Below are positions 60,555-64,000 of a stretch of DNA of 64,000 bases, in pieces; position 1 is the first letter of the stretch; each line of letters begins with the position of its first letter. A model generated the notes under the pieces. That model saw only the letters and a program-made list of their open reading frames with translations. It was not told the DNA's origin and made no database searches. This stretch comes from Blastocladiella emersonii ATCC 22665 (taxonomy: Eukaryota > Fungi > Blastocladiomycota): the NCBI GenBank assembly GCA_025594325.1, contig JANHCV010000004.1:2232001-2296000 (forward strand). Direction: 5' to 3'. A program made the translations under genes and the position numbers.

Positions 60555-60879
60555 GAGGGTGGTGTGTAGCCTATTGAACCGTTTCCCTCGTATCATATAC
60601 CTTTTGATTCTTCAGCGTAGCCTCAAGTTTTTGGTCCTCTTCAAAAGACCCAAACCACTCGATTCGCCGCCGCGAAACCTGAGCGTTGAACGGAGCTCCG
60701 CCATGGACGCGTTGCGCCACCCACGTGATATCGAATCGCGACTCGCGGCGTGTCTCAAGCTCGCAAAGGGTTGAAATCCTCGTTCCGTGGTATCAATCAA
60801 CCATGGGCATGTATTTGATCAACTCGCAGGCATTCCGACTCCTTGTCCTGCCGCCCAATCCGCGACCAAACGAGCTGCG

Positions 60880-62035
60880 CTACACCCCAGCTGATGTCCT
60901 CGCGATCGTCCGGCCCAACGGCATCGAAACTTCGGCCTTGCCGTGCTCTCCGGGCCGACTCATCGAAGCGGTACCCAACGTGCTGGTCGTACCGCCGTTG
61001 GACCCGCTCTGCTTCCGCATCACGTTGTTGAGCCCGGCGAGGAAGCTAGAGGCAGTACGCTCGAGCTGGTCAGTGAGATTTGACGACGACGGAGTTGCCC
61101 GAGAATGGTGATACACACGACGAAAAGACGCGGAGTCGGAAGGCATCGGCGAAGAGGATGCTAGACGAGGCTCATGGTTCAGTGAACCACTCGGCGCAGG
61201 GCGGTTTTCGTCTCGTACCTTGACCACATTGGGTCGAACATTGGGTCAATTAGCCGCATGATCGAGGTCGACAGGATCAGCACGGCCTCGGCGACCAGTA
61301 TGATCTGGATGTGGCGGATCAGGCCGACCATGTCCATGCGCAGCGGCGCTCCACCGGCGGGCGAGACGGTCAGATCGCGCAGAAAGATGACGAAGGTGAG
61401 CGAAATGGCCGAGTTCACGGCCGCGTCGAGAAGACTCCAGCCTACAAAGCGTCGCGCGCGTGAATGATCGTCCTGCAGCGACCGAGCAACAGCGATCAGC
61501 GGCGCACCGAGGTAGATGCGGTCCGCAGCGGAAGTGTCAGTGCCGAAATACCCGTTCCATGCGACGACGAGGTAGTTGATCGTGCTGACGGTCTGGAGGA
61601 CTGCAGCAGCGACCGCGCCGAGTACGAGTCCCTGGACGAGGCGGCGGTACCGCGTGTAGCAGGTCTTGTACAGCCGCCGCGCATTCAGGGCAACAAACGT
61701 CACGCCGCACGCCCACTCGACAAACATGATGGAGCGGCTCACATGGATCGAGAACGTCGCGCCCGAGGCCGCAGCTTCGAAGCCAATCGTCGAGCAGATG
61801 AGGTTGTAAAATCGCCCCACAGCGACGGCCCCGAGCACCGCATAGTAGGTCGAGCGCTTCTTCAAGAATAGGCTCAGGCTCGTGTAGATGGCGAGCAAGT
61901 AGATCACGCCCGTGATCCCAGTGACGAAGCTGGCGGGGCTCCAGTGGAACACGTCCTGCGTCGTGGATGGACAAGGTCAGCCACGGTTTGCATCGAGTGT
62001 TGCATGATGAGTTTACGGGCCTCGGTCAGTCCCAT
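60880..62035 (-). CDS. Orphan 7-TM (GPCR-like) protein, family member 3 (first intron has a GC donor)
   Basis: MGLTE-DVFHWSPASFVTGI, LNARRLYKTCY, WSLLDAAVNSAISLTFVIFLRDL, FDPMWS-SILFADAFRLRVFS-SFLAGLNNVMRK. Confidence 0.78.
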
Positions 62036-62403
62036 GGCGTGTGATTATGTCTGATGATCATGAGAGAAGAACGGAAGAACTGAGTGCTTGACGCAGGACA
62101 ACGGGAGTGCAGCAGGCGGGAGACGGCCGTTGCGTGCAGTGGGATACAGTCTCGCCTTCCGGTTCTCGGTCGCAATCCGCGGGCAGCGACGCAGCACGCG
62201 ATCTAATCGTGGGCTCGATAGAACAACGCCCCTCGGACCACTGATTGATTGTAACTTGTTGCTTCATCTTGGAACGCGCTGCGCCACTCACGTGCGACCA
62301 AACGCGTCGAGACGCGTCCAGTTTGGGAACGCCGTCGAGCGAGCGATATGCCTAGGTGATCGGAAACAAAAAACTTAATCACATGTATGAATACGGGAAT
62401 ATC

Positions 62404-63577
62404 CTACGACGCGACCACCGTCTTCGCGACAGCTCGGGGTTGCGCGATTGAGGCGTTGGTCTTGTTGGCCTCGCTGGCCGTGCTCGACGAGGTTGTTCCC
62501 GTGGAACTGGTAGTTGCGCGACCCGGCTTGCCGCCGCTGGACCCGTTCTGCTTGCGCATCACCCTGTTGAGCCCGGCCAGGAAACTACGAGCGACGGTCA
62601 TGGTGAGCGAAGCGCGGAACTGCAGTGGATGCTGCTGGACGTACGAAGAGAAGACGCGAAGTCGGAAGGCGTCGGCGAACAAGATGCTAGTCAAGAGCGT
62701 AGTGCTGCATGAGTCCTTCTCGCTTGAAGCGAACGCATAGGGTCGGGTACCTTAGCCACATCGGGTCAATGGTCGGATCGATCAGGCGCATGATGGAGGT
62801 GGCCAAGATCAGGACGGCTTCGGCAAGTAGCATGACCTGGATGTGTCGAATCAGTCCGACCATGTCCTCGCGCATGGACATGCCGCCTGCAGGAGCGACG
62901 GTCAGGTCGCGGAGGAAGATAACAAAGGTGAGCGAGATGGCCGAGTTGACACACGCGTCAACCAAGCTCCAGGCTACGAGCACCAAGCGCGTCAGTAGTG
63001 CTGTTGCCGATGATGAGAGGGAGGCCGTCAACGTACTGAGGTAGATTTTCTCCGCGACCGCAGTATCGGCGCCATAGTAGCCGTTCCACGCGACGACGAG
63101 GTACCATCCCGAGCTGAGGGTCTGGAGCAACGCGGCGACAACGGCGCCGACTACGAGCACCTGGACGAGACGTCGGTACCGCGAGTAACAGGTCATGTAG
63201 AGCCGGCGCGCGTTCAGAGTGACGAACGTCACGCCGCACGCCCACTCGACAATGACCATGAGGCGGCCGACCTCGATGGCGAACGCATCGCCGACAGATG
63301 CGGCGTTGGCTGCCACGAGCGAGGAAATAAAGACGAACAGGCGGCCCACGGCCACGGCGCCAAGGATCGCGTAGTAGGTCGATCGCTTCTTGAGAAACAG
63401 CTCGACGCTCGTATAGAGCGCGAGCACGTAGATGAGCCCCACGATGCCCGAAAGAAAGCTGCCTGGGCTCCAGTGAAATTCTGGCTACTCGCGAGTGACC
63501 CATCCATCGAAGCGATCAGCGGAATTCCGTTCATTTGCATTAAGTAATTCATGGCTGCGGACCTCAGTAAGTCCCAT
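62404..63577 (-). CDS. Orphan 7-TM (GPCR-like) protein, family member 4 (tandem with member 3)
   Basis: MGLTE-PEFHWSPGSFLSGI, LNARRLYMTCY, WSLVDACVNSAISLTF, IDPMWL-SILFADAFRLRVFS-SFLAGLNRVMRK. Confidence 0.82.
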
Positions 63578-63802
63578 TATGGAAGATCGGATTTTAGTTA
63601 CAATACGGCGGGACAGGAGATGGGGAGCGCGACGAGGGAGACGGCCCTCGACTCAGGCCGACCACCAAAACTTGTCTGTCTCCCAAGGTCCAGGGTCGCG
63701 ACATCACCGCGTCCACGCGTGCGCGACGCGACTGAGCGCAAATTTCACGCAACAATAGACAATAGTCGTTGAAAAACAAAGCAAAGTATGATTAACGTCA
63801 GC

Positions 63803-64000
63803 TCAACCAATGATGACCACGGCCATGGCCATGGCCAAGGCCATCACTTGTGGCCGTAGCAATGCTCGAGGAGTCTTGATGCTTTCGATCGCTTTGTGGC
63901 AGTTGACGGGCAGCTCCTGGTCGCACGGGATGTGCATGAGCGTCGAAATCTGCGAATCGAGCATTGGGACGGGGTCCTTGAAGGGAACCACGTTGAACGA
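63803..64000 (-). CDS. Possible 3' end of an unknown gene entering from the right edge
   Basis: Open frame from base 64000 to TGA at 63803 with plausible codon use (SFNVVPFKDPVPM...). Confidence 0.35.
   Translation of the reverse strand, partial: SFNVVPFKDPVPMLDSQISTLMHIPCDQELPVNCHKAIESIKTPRALLRPQVMALAMAMAVVIIG

Overview
This is a gene-dense, GC-rich eukaryotic window. Introns are short (about 60-85 nt), with GTACGT/GTGCGT/GTATGC donors, CTGAC/CTAAC branch sites and YAG acceptors. A flagellar radial-spoke gene (IQUB), fungal-type genes (CAP59/CMT1-like GT69, RIB5, type-IVb GATA) and a B12-pathway gene (MCEE) together point to a zoosporic fungus, probably Blastocladiomycota (inference). About 25 housekeeping-type genes are interleaved with three accessory islands (about 0.7-8.4, 19.2-25.5 and 60.6-64 kb) that look less GC-biased by eye. 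The islands hold a birth-and-death cluster of GCL-like BTB genes, a family of orphan 7-TM (GPCR-like) genes, a 189-bp MITE with 17-bp TIRs and a 9-bp TSD, and a near-perfect 1,217-bp inverted duplication. Best leads: (1) an in-frame, spliceable chimera joining a BTB-family C-terminal half to the last two exons of a 7-TM gene; (2) an adjacent formiminoglutamase + histidine ammonia-lyase (hutG-hutH) pair in a fungus; (3) an inverted duplication that places a copy of a TATA-containing promoter antisense to hutH; (4) a tandem trio of single-pass membrane proteins with LPxY/PPxY motifs. All protein identities come from motif recognition by eye; no database search was run.
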